Shown: one piece after another, positions 53,406 through 64,000 of the stretch
Numbering within the stretch: the stretch's first letter is position 1
Layout of the letters: each line of letters starts with the position of its first letter
Source: Octopus vulgaris
Taxonomy: Eukaryota
NCBI GenBank assembly: GCA_951406725.2
Contig: OX597818.1
Span: 107,384,001-107,448,000, forward strand
Length of the DNA stretch: 64,000 bases
Direction of reading: 5' to 3'
Position numbers and translations under genes: made by a program
The notes under the pieces: model-generated
Told to the model about the DNA's origin: nothing
The model's database searches: none
Seen by the model: only the letters and a program-made list of their open reading frames with translations

Positions 53406-53458
53406 AACAAAACCTGTTACTCGGAGTTTCACGTTCCTGTTCATCAGACAGTTTTGTT
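53406..53458 (-). ncRNA. Type I hammerhead ribozyme motif
   Basis: Minus strand AACAAAACTGT-CTGATGA-AC-AGGAAC-GT-GAAA-CT-CCG-AG-TA-ACAG(G)TTTTGTT; long stem I, short stem II. Confidence 0.7.
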
Positions 53459-53634
53459 AAAATCAAATAAAGTAAATAAAGTTTTTCGACCTTGTTTCAC
53501 ATTTATGTGTTTACTCTGGTATATATATATATATATATATATGTATAAATAATAAGGGTAAAAATTAATATCTATTTAAACCAGTGGCCATACATTCTGG
53601 CATTTGACAGTGGTTCATCATTATACAAGCTAAC

Positions 53635-53665
<31 letters not shown>

Positions 53666-54952
53666 CTTCTCTCCTCCTCTTTCTTCCTCTCACTCTCTCT
53701 CACCCCTTCTCTCTGCCCCTCTCTCTCTCTGCCCCTCTCTCTCTCTGCCCCTCTCTCTCTCTCCCTCACTTTCTTGCAGAAATTATAACACCAGAACAAA
53801 TATGCTTGATTAGCAAAAGAAACAAGGTGATACTTCATTGCAGATACCAGAAGAATTAGTTTTTGAAAGGAAAATGAACCAAAACACAACCAACACGAAC
53901 ATCTGATGAAACTGCAACAGAAAAGGAAGTGGAAACACAATAATGCTTGTCTGAATGGAACAACAAAGCAACAAAATAACTAAACATATTAACTCACAGG
54001 AAAAAATTGACTCTTGAGAGACATCAGATATAAAATGCAAACTCCAACAGGAGTAGATATTAAAACGTCTTTAGTGACAGATATTTAATATGTAAGATAT
54101 AATAAAAATAACAACTTATGAAGCAGAGAGTCTGACAACTTTTAACAATGAGTATTTGAAGGATGCAATCAACAACAACTGAACCAGCCAATCAAAAGGT
54201 AATAAACACATAAAGAAATCTATGAGTTAGCAACAGAGGAATGCAATTACAGAATCAGAAAGTGAAGACAGAATGACCACTAAATTAGCCAATGAAAAAT
54301 TATTGACAGATATACAATTTTAGGGGGAAAAAATTAGATAAATGGGTTGTATAAAACTATATAAAGTTAAACAAAAGTGGAATCGAACAATGGAAAATAG
54401 TGCAACCAACAGAAAACATAGAGGATTAAGAAAATTCCTTTATGAAAGACTATTTAGTGAGTAAAAAAATCTGAGATGGTTATTTGCATTTTTATTCTTA
54501 ATTACACCTAGGCAGGTTCAGACACAAAATGTGTTAGTCGTTTTAATATAAATCAAAGGAGAATAACTTCCCTCTTTTTAAGATAACCATGTGTTGAACA
54601 TACCTGATTCATTGGCACATAGGATTCTGTGACACCAGGGAACAAATCTGCAGATAATCATTCCATATCTCACTGCACATGCTGCAAGTAATGATTGTTT
54701 TATCAGTTGGCAGATATATAAGCACTGCTCAACAGATTTATACATTGAAAGTATACAAAAAAAAGCCAATGGCTTGGTTTAGATTTAAAAGACCCAGGTG
54801 TATTTCTGGCTCATGAGGCACATTTTGAAATACTAGTGCCACACACCCCATGTGCCTATGAGCCAAGTGTATTGAACACACAGCCATCATAAAAGAGAGG
54901 AGTTATTCTCCTATTACCCAGCAGTAACCAACATATTTTGTGTCTAAGATAT

Positions 54953-55045
<93 letters not shown>

Positions 55046-55055
55046 TTTATATATA

Positions 55056-55493
55056 GAGGGCATTATTATACATACATGCCACACGCTAAGAGGGACAAAA
55101 TTAGTCATTTCTACCAAAAATTTTACTAATCCCACCGAATGCAATTTTTCAAAGTAAGACATTTAAAATATAGACTTGTATCACCTGTGATTTCATACCT
55201 CTGTATTCATCAGCAAGCCTGGACGCATCATAAATAAACGACCCTACCTCGTCTAAGCCGAGCAGCTAACTGATCAACATCAACGAAGCACATGGGTGAG
55301 TTTACATATATTACATCCGGTAAATGGCAGACTTTTACGAATTGCATTTCGGGAAGGAAAAGTTTTTTCGGAATAAAAATTTAGCAATTAAGGACAACTT
55401 CTTAATAAGGAAAACTTAACAAGAAATTATCAGGTAGATAGCGTGAAAGACCTCATAAGAAAAAATTTCGAAAATAATTCTTTCTTATTGAAC
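55056..55493 (-). mobile_element. Young 438 bp hammerhead-bearing element inside (TA)n
   Basis: Flanked by 17 bp direct repeat ATATTAGTTTATATATA (55039-55055, 55494-55510); CpGs retained; contains the ribozyme at 55172-55220. Confidence 0.65.
55172..55220 (-). ncRNA. Canonical type I hammerhead ribozyme
   Basis: Minus strand AGGCTTG-CTGATGA-ATAC-AGAG-GTAT-GAAA-TCA-CAGG-TGA-TA-CAAGTCT; all three stems pair and the core is invariant. Confidence 0.85.
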
Positions 55494-55497
55494 ATAT

Positions 55498-55550
<53 letters not shown>

Positions 55551-55551
55551 C

Positions 55552-55599
<48 letters not shown>

Positions 55600-55604
55600 C
55601 ATTC

Positions 55605-55785
55605 ACAATGATAGATTGCTAGCCACTATACCTTTTTCTATTTTCTCTTCCTGTTTAGTTCTGTGTTCCTTTCTGTTGAAGAGCATAGGCTCGAAATGTA
55701 AAAGAATTTTTTTCCCGAGCATTAAACTAATACATCTGATTGTTATTTACACACCCATCTTTGTCTTTTGTTATTTTGTAAATTC

Positions 55786-55792
<7 letters not shown>
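55605..55792 (+). mobile_element. Short repeat family H1 with variant hammerhead-like core
   Basis: CTTT-CTGTTGA-A-GAGC-ATAG-GCTC-GAAA-TG-TA-AAAG at 55669-55704; between (TA)n runs. Confidence 0.7.
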
Positions 55793-55835
<43 letters not shown>

Positions 55836-55860
55836 CACACACACACATATATATATATAA

Positions 55861-56036
55861 AGCACCCATTACACTCTCTAAGTGGTTGACATTAGAAATG
55901 GCATCCAGCCATAGAAACCATGCCAAATCAGACTGGAGTCTGGTGCAGCCCCTCAGCTACCAGCCCTAGTCAAACTGTCCAACTCATGCCAGCATGGTCA
56001 AGGGGACACTAAATGATGATGATGATGATGATGATG
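55861..56036 (+). mobile_element. RTE-type 3' tail
   Basis: AGCACCCATTACACTC...GGCATCCAGCCATAGAAAC...(GAT)n. Confidence 0.8.
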
Positions 56037-56038
56037 AC

Positions 56039-56076
<38 letters not shown>

Positions 56077-56102
56077 TAAAATAAAAAGTAAATTCTGGTC
56101 AT

Positions 56103-56164
56103 AGAGTGACCAATAGTTTCGTATCCATTCCAGCCACAGCCTTGTGGACAGCTCATCAGACTCT
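56103..56164 (-). ncRNA. Type I hammerhead ribozyme motif, paralog of 28035-28098
   Basis: Minus strand AGAGT-CTGATGA-G..GTCCA...TGGATAC-GAAA-CT-ATT-GG-TC-ACTCT. Confidence 0.7.
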
Positions 56165-56319
56165 TTCTCTCTATATATACATCCGTAAAAACTATAGACA
56201 CTCTGGAAATCGATTCTGTCAAATGCCCCAGTGATTCATTAGAAGTAGTAGATAATTTCTGCTAATTAAGAGAGAGTGTGACAGCTAGAATAAGAATAGG
56301 ATGGAGGAAATTCCGAGAG

Positions 56320-57063
56320 CTGTTACCTCTGATGGTTACAAAAGGTTTCTCTCTTCAAATGAAAGCAAAGTTTATGATGCATGTATACAGACAACAGTTC
56401 TACATGTTAGTGAGATGTGGCCCCTGACTGATGAGGACATGTGAAGGTTAGAAAGAAATGAAGTTACTATGCTCTGCTGGATGGTCAATGCAAGTGTATA
56501 TGCTTGGCAGAGTGCTGGTGCATTGAGAGAGAAGTTTAGCATATGAGGAATTAGTTGTTTGCAAGAGAGAAAATTCTGCTGGTTTGGTTGTGTGATGTGG
56601 ATGGATGCCGACGGCTCCATAAAGAAGTGCTGATCTCTTAATATAGAGAGAACTTGTGGAAGTGCGAGACCCAGAAAGATATAGGAGGAAGAGCTGAAGA
56701 ATGACTTCAGGATGCTAAACCTTTCAAGTGAGAAGACAAAGGACTGAGATGCCTGGCACCTGGCTGTACTCAAGAAGACCTGAACTCCACTGCAGGTGAA
56801 GTGTTAAGACTGTTCCCACTGGTGGTGAGGATTGGCCTGCAAGACATCTGGGCCAATGCCATGTCAAAATCACTCATGGCAGTGACACGTAAAAGCACTC
56901 AATACACTGTAAAGTGGTTGGTGTTAGGAAGGGCACCAAGCAGTAGAAACCTTGCCAAATCAGACTGGAATCTGGTGCAGCCTTCCAGCTTGCTAGCTCT
57001 GGTCCAAACCATCCAAAACCACATCAGCATGGATAACAGATGTTAAATGATGATGATGATGAT
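56320..57063 (+). mobile_element. RTE LINE 3' end, decayed ORF plus UTR
   Basis: YDACIQTTVLHVSEMWPLTDEDM*RLERNEVTMLCWM...WFGCVMWMD...CGSARPRKI; RTE YGSExW and RGRP motifs; (GAT)n tail. Confidence 0.85.
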
Positions 57064-57104
57064 ATATACATATATACATGTACATATCAGAGCAGATGTA
57101 TCAG

Positions 57105-57500
57105 GTGATTCAGGTGTCTTTTTCTCAAGTATGTGGTTTTGGCTTCAGTCCCACTGTGCACAATGTTGGGTGCCCTCTATTATAACATCAGGTCAGCCAA
57201 AACCTTGAGAAAGAATTTGTTTGAGGGAAACTGAAAGTAGTCCATCGTGTGTGTGTGTGTTGAAATGTACCCTTTGTCCTGACATCACAGGATGGCTGTA
57301 AGCCAGAATAACCCTCATGAAAATAATGTCCTTCATTTCCAGTCTTCCATGATAAACATGTCTGGCCATGGGGAAATATTACCTTTGTAGGAAACAGGTA
57401 TGGGTTGGTGGCAGGAAAAGCATCCAGCCTTAAAATATCTGTCACAATGAATTCCATATGGCTCTTGTAAGCATGAGAAAGAGGTTCTTAAACGATGATG
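57105..57500 (+). mobile_element. SINE with family A head and RTE-type tail
   Basis: TTCAGTCCCACTG...GGAAACTGAAAG head, GGCAGGAAAAGCATCCAGCC, ends TTAAACGATGATG. Confidence 0.65.
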
Positions 57501-57603
57501 ATATATCATATATATATCATATATCATATATATAATTTTACAGTTTTACTTCAAATTTTTTTAAAAACTATTATTCAATATATTATACGATATTCATATT
57601 TTA

Positions 57604-57695
57604 CATCTCTGAAGAGCAGAAGTGTTGTCTATAAATGCTTATCAATATAGGATTTCATTATAGGGACAACTCTTCTGTGAAACGATCGTAAGATG
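57604..57695 (+). ncRNA. Type I hammerhead ribozyme with long stem II
   Basis: CATCT-CTGAAGA-GCAGAAGTGTTGTC...GACAACTCTTCTGT-GAAA-C-GATC-G-TA-AGATG; palindromic loop 3. Confidence 0.8.
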
Positions 57696-58507
57696 CTTTA
57701 AATAATTAATTCAAAACTTTTATACATCATATTTATATTTATATTTATACATATTTACATATATTTTTATATATATTTATATTTATTTATTTATATATGT
57801 TTTTAATACAATAAGTACTTTCACACGGGTATATCTTTATGATGAGTTTGGATATTAATTTCCTTATATTAATAATAATATATTATTAAAAAATATATGT
57901 ATATGTATCATATATATATAAACATATGCATATAGCCATATATTGTAAACTTTAGCTGAAATCCTGTGATAACTTCTCAAGAAGAATGACATAATCTATG
58001 TTTTTCTCTCTGATCTATCCAATATTAAGACACTGGATATATTTACTGATTAAAAAAATAATTTAGTGTAATTATTTAAAGTAGTATTACGTACAGCAGT
58101 TTGACATGAAGAATATATTAGTAGATAATAAAGAATATATATATACATATATTTTACGTTCTATATTTGTTTGTTTTTTTGTTTTTGGTATTGTTTCTCT
58201 CACATTTCCTGAAGCACAAATCCAACAATCTTCTCACTGACTTGAATGCAACAGTTGCAGATGAATCAACATTTATGAATCAAGCAAAGCTTGTCAGCAT
58301 GTTTCTGAAATCATTTATCCAAAGTATAATGAATTCCTATGATTCATTTATTTTACACATTAATATAACCCAGGCTCGGTAATTTTGTAGTTATACTTAA
58401 GACATTCGTGCAGGCTCAAATGTGGGAAGATCACTGCTGAAATATTTTCCTTGGTAGACAAATTATGTGCAAACACACTTCACTGGACTATGAATGATGT
58501 TACCAGA

Positions 58508-58552
58508 CTGTAGGACACGTGTTTCAGCATTGTTAGACTTCATCAGCTACAG
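58508..58552 (-). ncRNA. Minimal type I hammerhead ribozyme
   Basis: Minus strand CTGTAG-CTGATGA-AG..CT-GAAA-C-ACGT-G-TC-CTACAG; palindromic ACGU loop, GUC triplet. Confidence 0.75.
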
Positions 58553-58669
58553 GTATCAAATCCATAATTTGTAACCTACTAACAACTGCCATTCTTTAAA
58601 CAACAAAAACTTTAAAAATTACTATTTGTAAATCTCACAATGAGAGATATTCAGCAACAGTACTTTGGA

Positions 58670-58962
58670 GTAAAGATTATTTGCCAACATAGCATGGCAG
58701 TCCTAGTTTAGGACGTATGTAACAGTAATTTAGCCCCAGAAGACATCGTCTCCAGCTAGGCTGATGAAGGGAAATAACCCGGAAATCGCAATACACAGAT
58801 ATTCTTTTGAGCTGAGTTGGGGTGCTAGATATCTTTTTTTGAAAATATAAGGACACAGATTGTGTCACACAGCCAGATGGAAACGATGTCTCCTGGGGCT
58901 AAATTACAGCAAAATTCGTCCTAAACTAGGACTGCCATGTTATGTTGGCATATAATCTTTAC
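58670..58962. repeat. About 93 bp inverted repeat enclosing a hammerhead-like core
   Basis: 58670-58763 pairs with 58870-58962 (shared CATGGCAGTCCTAGTTTAGGACG and GTAATTTAGCCCCAG); CTGATGA-A-GGG..CCC-G-GAAA at 58761-58785. Confidence 0.85.
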
Positions 58963-60081
58963 AACAAAATGTAAATTTGCCCCTGTGTGCAAAGCTTTCT
59001 CAAACTAGAATCACCCCATATTTTGGCATAGAAAAGTTGATATAAAATATTTCGTAATAGATATCTAGACAGAAGCTGGGACTACAAGGGTAAGAGAGCA
59101 TTTCAAATTCTGTTGCATTTCTCCTTTTATTAGTGGAGTTAAGACAATTAAACGAGTTGCTGTGTTGAACACATTTATTTACAAAATAAATTACAAACAT
59201 GATAATGAAGCAGCCACTTCATACAAGGCCATACATATGACTGTATGACTGCAAAGTATATCATAATGGCAAAGAAGTCATTAAAGCAAATTAAAAGTCA
59301 ACAAACCACATTGAAAATTAATTAGAATTATGAAACTATCAATTGATAACAAAAGATAATTATGCGCAACTTAAAATCCAATAGAAAACCATCAAATTCA
59401 AATTCTTTATCATCATTTCATCTATCAAAAGGCCCAGTCCTTGTTTGATGTGTGGTGTGTATGCCTCAATGATCCTAAGAGCTGAGCCACTGAAGGGGAA
59501 TCTTCTTGTAGGACCCACTCCCCATGATGTATACAGGTCAGAGGATAGAGGCCAGATTAATGAGGACCACCTCTTCCCAGAAGTAAAAATATTTAAAACT
59601 ATTATTCAATAAATTCTATATTCCATAAGGATATGATTGAAGGGAAATTTCTGATAGGGTGGGTAAGCAAATGTGTTACATAAATGTTCTCTCATGGACT
59701 CAAATATATTCATGTGTATGTATTTATACTCATGTTTTGAATTCTGTTTAGGTTAGAAAATAATAGCTATTTATGCAAATAGGATAGGTCAAAGGAGGAG
59801 TAAAAATACTATAAAGTGTTGGTAATGCTAATCATGTTTATAGTACTAAGTAATAGTATTTATCATAATAATACATTACTTATCAATTTAATATAATTTT
59901 TCACTTACTACTAGTAGGCATTTCAGTCAATCCACCTATTATCCGAAATAGGTAGACCAGGGCCTACCACCAGGTATAATTGGTCAGTTAGTATTTAAAA
60001 ACAAAAAACTGACTACTAATAAACCGTTATTCTCCAGGGTAAAATAAACAAATGATATAAGGTACAAGGGGCACGGAACTG

Positions 60082-60345
60082 TTTAAGTCAATATAAATAT
60101 AAAAATAAAAAATATAAAGATATAAAGAAAATAAGATAAAATAAGACTAATAAAATAAAACAATAATAAAAGATTAGAAAATTTTCCAGTTTGACGTTTA
60201 GGAATTTTGATGGTTAAAGGGAGAAAACCATTTAAGTCAATAAAATAAAATAAATTTTGATGGTTAAAGGGCCTAAAACCATTTAAGTCAATAAAATAAA
60301 ATAACAATAAAAATTTACCAGTTGGACATTTAGAAGTATTGATGG
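60082..60345. repeat. Nested short tandem duplications
   Basis: TTTAAGTCAATA three times, TTTTGATGGTTAAAGGG twice, CCAGTT.GAC.TTTAG twice. Confidence 0.7.
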
Positions 60346-60535
60346 ATATCGCTAGCCACTAAACTTTTTTCTATTTTCTTTCCCTGTTTATTTCTGTGTT
60401 CCTTTCTGTCGAAGAGCATAGGCTCAAAATGTAAATGACTTTATCACTTCCCGAGCATTAAACTAATACATCTGTTTTTTGTTTACACACCCATCTTCGT
60501 CTTTTGTTGTTTGTTTTTGTTGTAAATTGTCGCTA
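60346..60535 (+). mobile_element. Short repeat family H1, third copy
   Basis: GCTAGCCACTA...CTTTCTGTCGAAGAGCATAGGCTCAAAATG...TTCCCGAGCATTAAACTAATACATCTG. Confidence 0.7.
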
Positions 60536-60892
60536 TATACACACAGACATAAATATATGTGGAAGTATCATCCATTGTCAACATTGTTATCCTCATCATG
60601 ACCCCACGGTAACCACAAACTAAAGACCTCAAATATAAGAAACTATAGAAATTGTGAAACTGAACAAAACCGGTTTTCATAGTTAGGCACCGTAGAGTTC
60701 TTGAATGATAAACAAATCTTCCCTAAAGAACACAGCTTTCCCAACTAAAGGAACTGAACTTGGTTTCTGCAATCTAGCACATCACTAACAATAATGACTT
60801 ATACACTATGCATGACTTCCAGATCTTTGAAATCTAAGCATTTGGGCCATAGACTGGACTTTAGGAATTAAGATGTCTTAGCAATGAACATA

Positions 60893-61324
60893 ATGTTTCT
60901 TTATTAGCCACACTAGGCTGCATACAGATGGGACAGATTACAAAGTAGAGCTTTTCTTTTTGGGGAGAAAAAAAAGTGGGGTAGGTTTTCGATCAAAAGG
61001 GATCGTAAAAGGGAAAGAAAAAAAGAAAAAAAAAACGATCAATAGGGATCATGTATCACAGAAATGCCATGATGTAAAGTGTAAAGGGGGAAGCAGATAA
61101 GGTTTATCCGTGGAAAGAAATGCCTACGGAAAAGACCACGGTAAACTCAGTCAATAATGTTACATGTTACCATATTTGTTTGCAAGTAGGTAACCCTCTG
61201 TTTTAAATTTTTCCGGGTTCATAGGGTTATGCTCAAGGTGGCTTCATCATTCATACGTGCCATTCTTGCTACATTCACCCATCTTTTTTTTAAACATTCG
61301 CTAGACAAAACCTGACTCTCACTT
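60893..61324 (-). mobile_element. Tx1/L1-like LINE 3' end
   Basis: Minus strand SESQVLSSECLKKRWVNVARMARMNDEATLSITL* followed by a T-rich UTR ending in AATAAA. Confidence 0.55.
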
Positions 61325-62539
61325 CCCTTTTCAAGGGATACTTGAAGTGCTGAGGACAGGATCTGAACTGTTGACCTTTTCACTCGTCGTCCTGGACTGT
61401 ATTGGTTCTGTCACAATAAACTCAGTGTGAAGCAACCACGTTCAGGTGTTTAGGTAATGACTGACATTTTAGTATATTTGTTGTTGACACAGGTTTTACT
61501 TCACCAATTATAAACCAATAATCTAGCAGCCATTTTTAAAATAAAAAGCAAAACTCATTAGAATTTGTCTCTTGGCTTATTTTGCTCTCAATTCTAGATT
61601 TGTCTAATCATTAAACTCCTCACTCACTTTCCACACATACACAAGGAACTAAAAATACAGTAAAAAAATCAACTCTCAGCTCTCTCAAATGGGAAATAAT
61701 GCTATTTATGCCTGAGGGAATCAAATGACTTGAAACTATAACAGAAATGTTACCCACCCACTTGGAGACGAACTCCTCTTTATTTTATTCATCACATTTG
61801 ATAAAACAAAGTTATGAAGTTCATGAGAATATTATGATTTGTTATCTATACAAAATTATAATATGAGATATCACACATCAAAGATAATAATCAAACTCAC
61901 ATTTAAATTTATATAATGAAACTTAAATTTGGTTTTCTTATCAGATTGAAAGCAATGGTTTAGAAAACTGAACTAAAGCTAGCATAAAGCAATTATGCTC
62001 TGAAGAAAATAACTCATGATTGACTGATACTTGCTATAAATAGTTGAATCAAGAAGGTAAAAATTATGAAGCTGACAAGTATGTAGATAGTTTGCTAGGT
62101 CAATGATATTAATGTTGACAACAAGAATATTGTGTTAGAAATTCTGCTGCAAAATATAACCATGTTGTTAAATGAAAAACACTCACAAGAAAAAATGTAA
62201 CGAAACAGTTGCTGGCTTATATGTCACTAGAATCTATAGAAAAGTAAGCCAAGTAATTTTTTTTTTTCAGCAACCAAAATGTGATTTTTTTGTTCTTTCT
62301 ATTACTGGTCAATACATTTGGGAGGATCTAATATATACAGAATCAAGAATCTATCTTTGTACTGTTATTCAACTTTGTTGCTCATATACATGCTAGGGGC
62401 CCTTCACAGTTGTTTTGCTTAGCTCATTCTCATTTCACCACATATGCACATACACACACACACACACTCACACACACACTCACACACACACACACACACA
62501 TGATGCTTTGGGTTATAAAGAAAGAAAAAAAATTAAAAT

Positions 62540-63900
62540 AAATTACTAGAAACTTGTTAAAGGTTTCTATTAACAGGAAGTCTCCTCCATATTACAGAAC
62601 TTTGCATTCCTGAATATGTTGCCATAACAGAGGATTCTGTAATGGAAGGTTTATTTTTCCTATTGATATCTGTGTTGGGAATTGATATATGCTCAGATGG
62701 GATTTTTACAACGAAACGTAAAGCAACTATTTTTGTGTAGGGAAATAACAATTTTTAAGCTTACACTGTACACTATGTTTACATAAAAAGATTAGAAGAG
62801 AAATACATAAAGGATTACATGAGAATGCAGTAATATTATTGTAGAGTACATACTCATCACAAAAGATGTTGACTACTGTGTGATGGGAATGGGGAGTAAT
62901 GGGAGTTTGTTGGAGGGAGAGAAGTACTATCTTCTGCTCCATACATTATCATCAGTCTTTGCTTAAGGAAACATTTATCCAAAGTTGTTGACATTTACGA
63001 TGCCTTGTCCCTGTCTATAGCTCAATATAGAAACTGATCTTGTAATATATTCTCTTGTTTTTATTTTATGTTCATGATGAGGATAGTTATCAGCAAAGAC
63101 TCGCAAGTAACAGCCTTTCAGCCATTTTTTTTATAGTCAACTAGAATGGTGTGACTGGAACTTTTATTTTCTCTCCTTACTCTGCAGTTCACTCTAACAC
63201 AATCAATTCCTCATTGAACAAACTTTCTCTTCAAGACTCTAACAACTCAACTCATCTTGTAAAAGTTCTTGAATTCTACATTGTTTGTGCCACAATATCT
63301 TCCTGAACAGACTCGCTGAAAGTATAAAACCTATAAATCATGGCCACAACTGGGCCATATGCTGCTTTCCCAAGTGCCATTCATAATTGTTTTTCATTTT
63401 ATCACATTCATTTTATACAATCTTTAATTGTAGGTTTATTCTTCCACAAATATTACTTTTTCTGGCTTGTTTCAAAGTTCTTCTCTGATAATGTCTTGAA
63501 GTTAACTCTCTCACTTTGTTCCATTGGCTGGCAAAAAGATGTGTTCCTGTGGTTATACTCTTACATTTTATTCTTTTACTTGTTTCAGTTAATGGACTGT
63601 GATCATGCAGGGGTAAACACTTTCATATTCTCAGAGAGACAACTTAAGTTTTCTGGATGGCTTGTTACTTTATTCAAAGGGGGAAATTTCACAGAAGAGA
63701 AATACCTCGCACTGGATCTTTCAACAGCAGGACGAAAGCACTTGTAAACCAGTCTTGGAAAGGTTTGTGGTTATTCAAGCCCCCTTATTTGAACACTAAA
63801 TCACAAGTAGAATATGATTATGGTAGCTTACTAAAGACATAGTTTTCAAGGGATACATGAGTAAGGGATTTAATTCCCCAGTATCATTTACATCACCATG
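62540..63900 (-). mobile_element. Ancient LINE (possibly CR1-like) reverse-transcriptase remnant
   Basis: Minus-strand EQKIVLLSL and NIFCDEYVLY in the spacing expected for QGxxLSP and xFADDxxLY; very decayed. Confidence 0.3.
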
Positions 63901-64000
63901 AAATGTTAGATTATATCTGGAAGCTTCGAAACCTGATGTTGATTTTGCCTCAGAAGAAATCTCAATGAGTCATACACCTCCAGATTAGCTCAGCTTTTGC

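Noticed and set aside
58167-58382. 71 aa plus-strand ORF with possible splice sites
   Set aside because: Weak signals, no recognisable motif, no compatible neighbouring exon

Overview
AT-rich eukaryotic intergenic or intronic DNA, saturated with microsatellites and transposable-element debris. The dominant SINE and RTE families match repeats I recognise from Octopus genomes, so an octopod origin is inferred, not proven. No protein-coding gene can be called: almost all ORF-track entries are translations of microsatellites or decayed elements, and only two weak minus-strand exon candidates were seen. Mobile elements include CORE-type and other tRNA-derived SINEs, many 5'-truncated RTE LINE 3' ends, a Dong/R4-like RLE retrotransposon inside a (TAA)n tract, Tx1/L1 and other LINE remnants, mariner and hAT fragments, and fold-back elements. 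The most striking signal is a dense, diverse set of type I hammerhead ribozyme motifs: six with complete canonical cores and about ten variant or decayed copies. They sit in short Penelope-like or retrozyme-like modules, mostly within or beside (TA)n tracts, and some are built into large inverted repeats.
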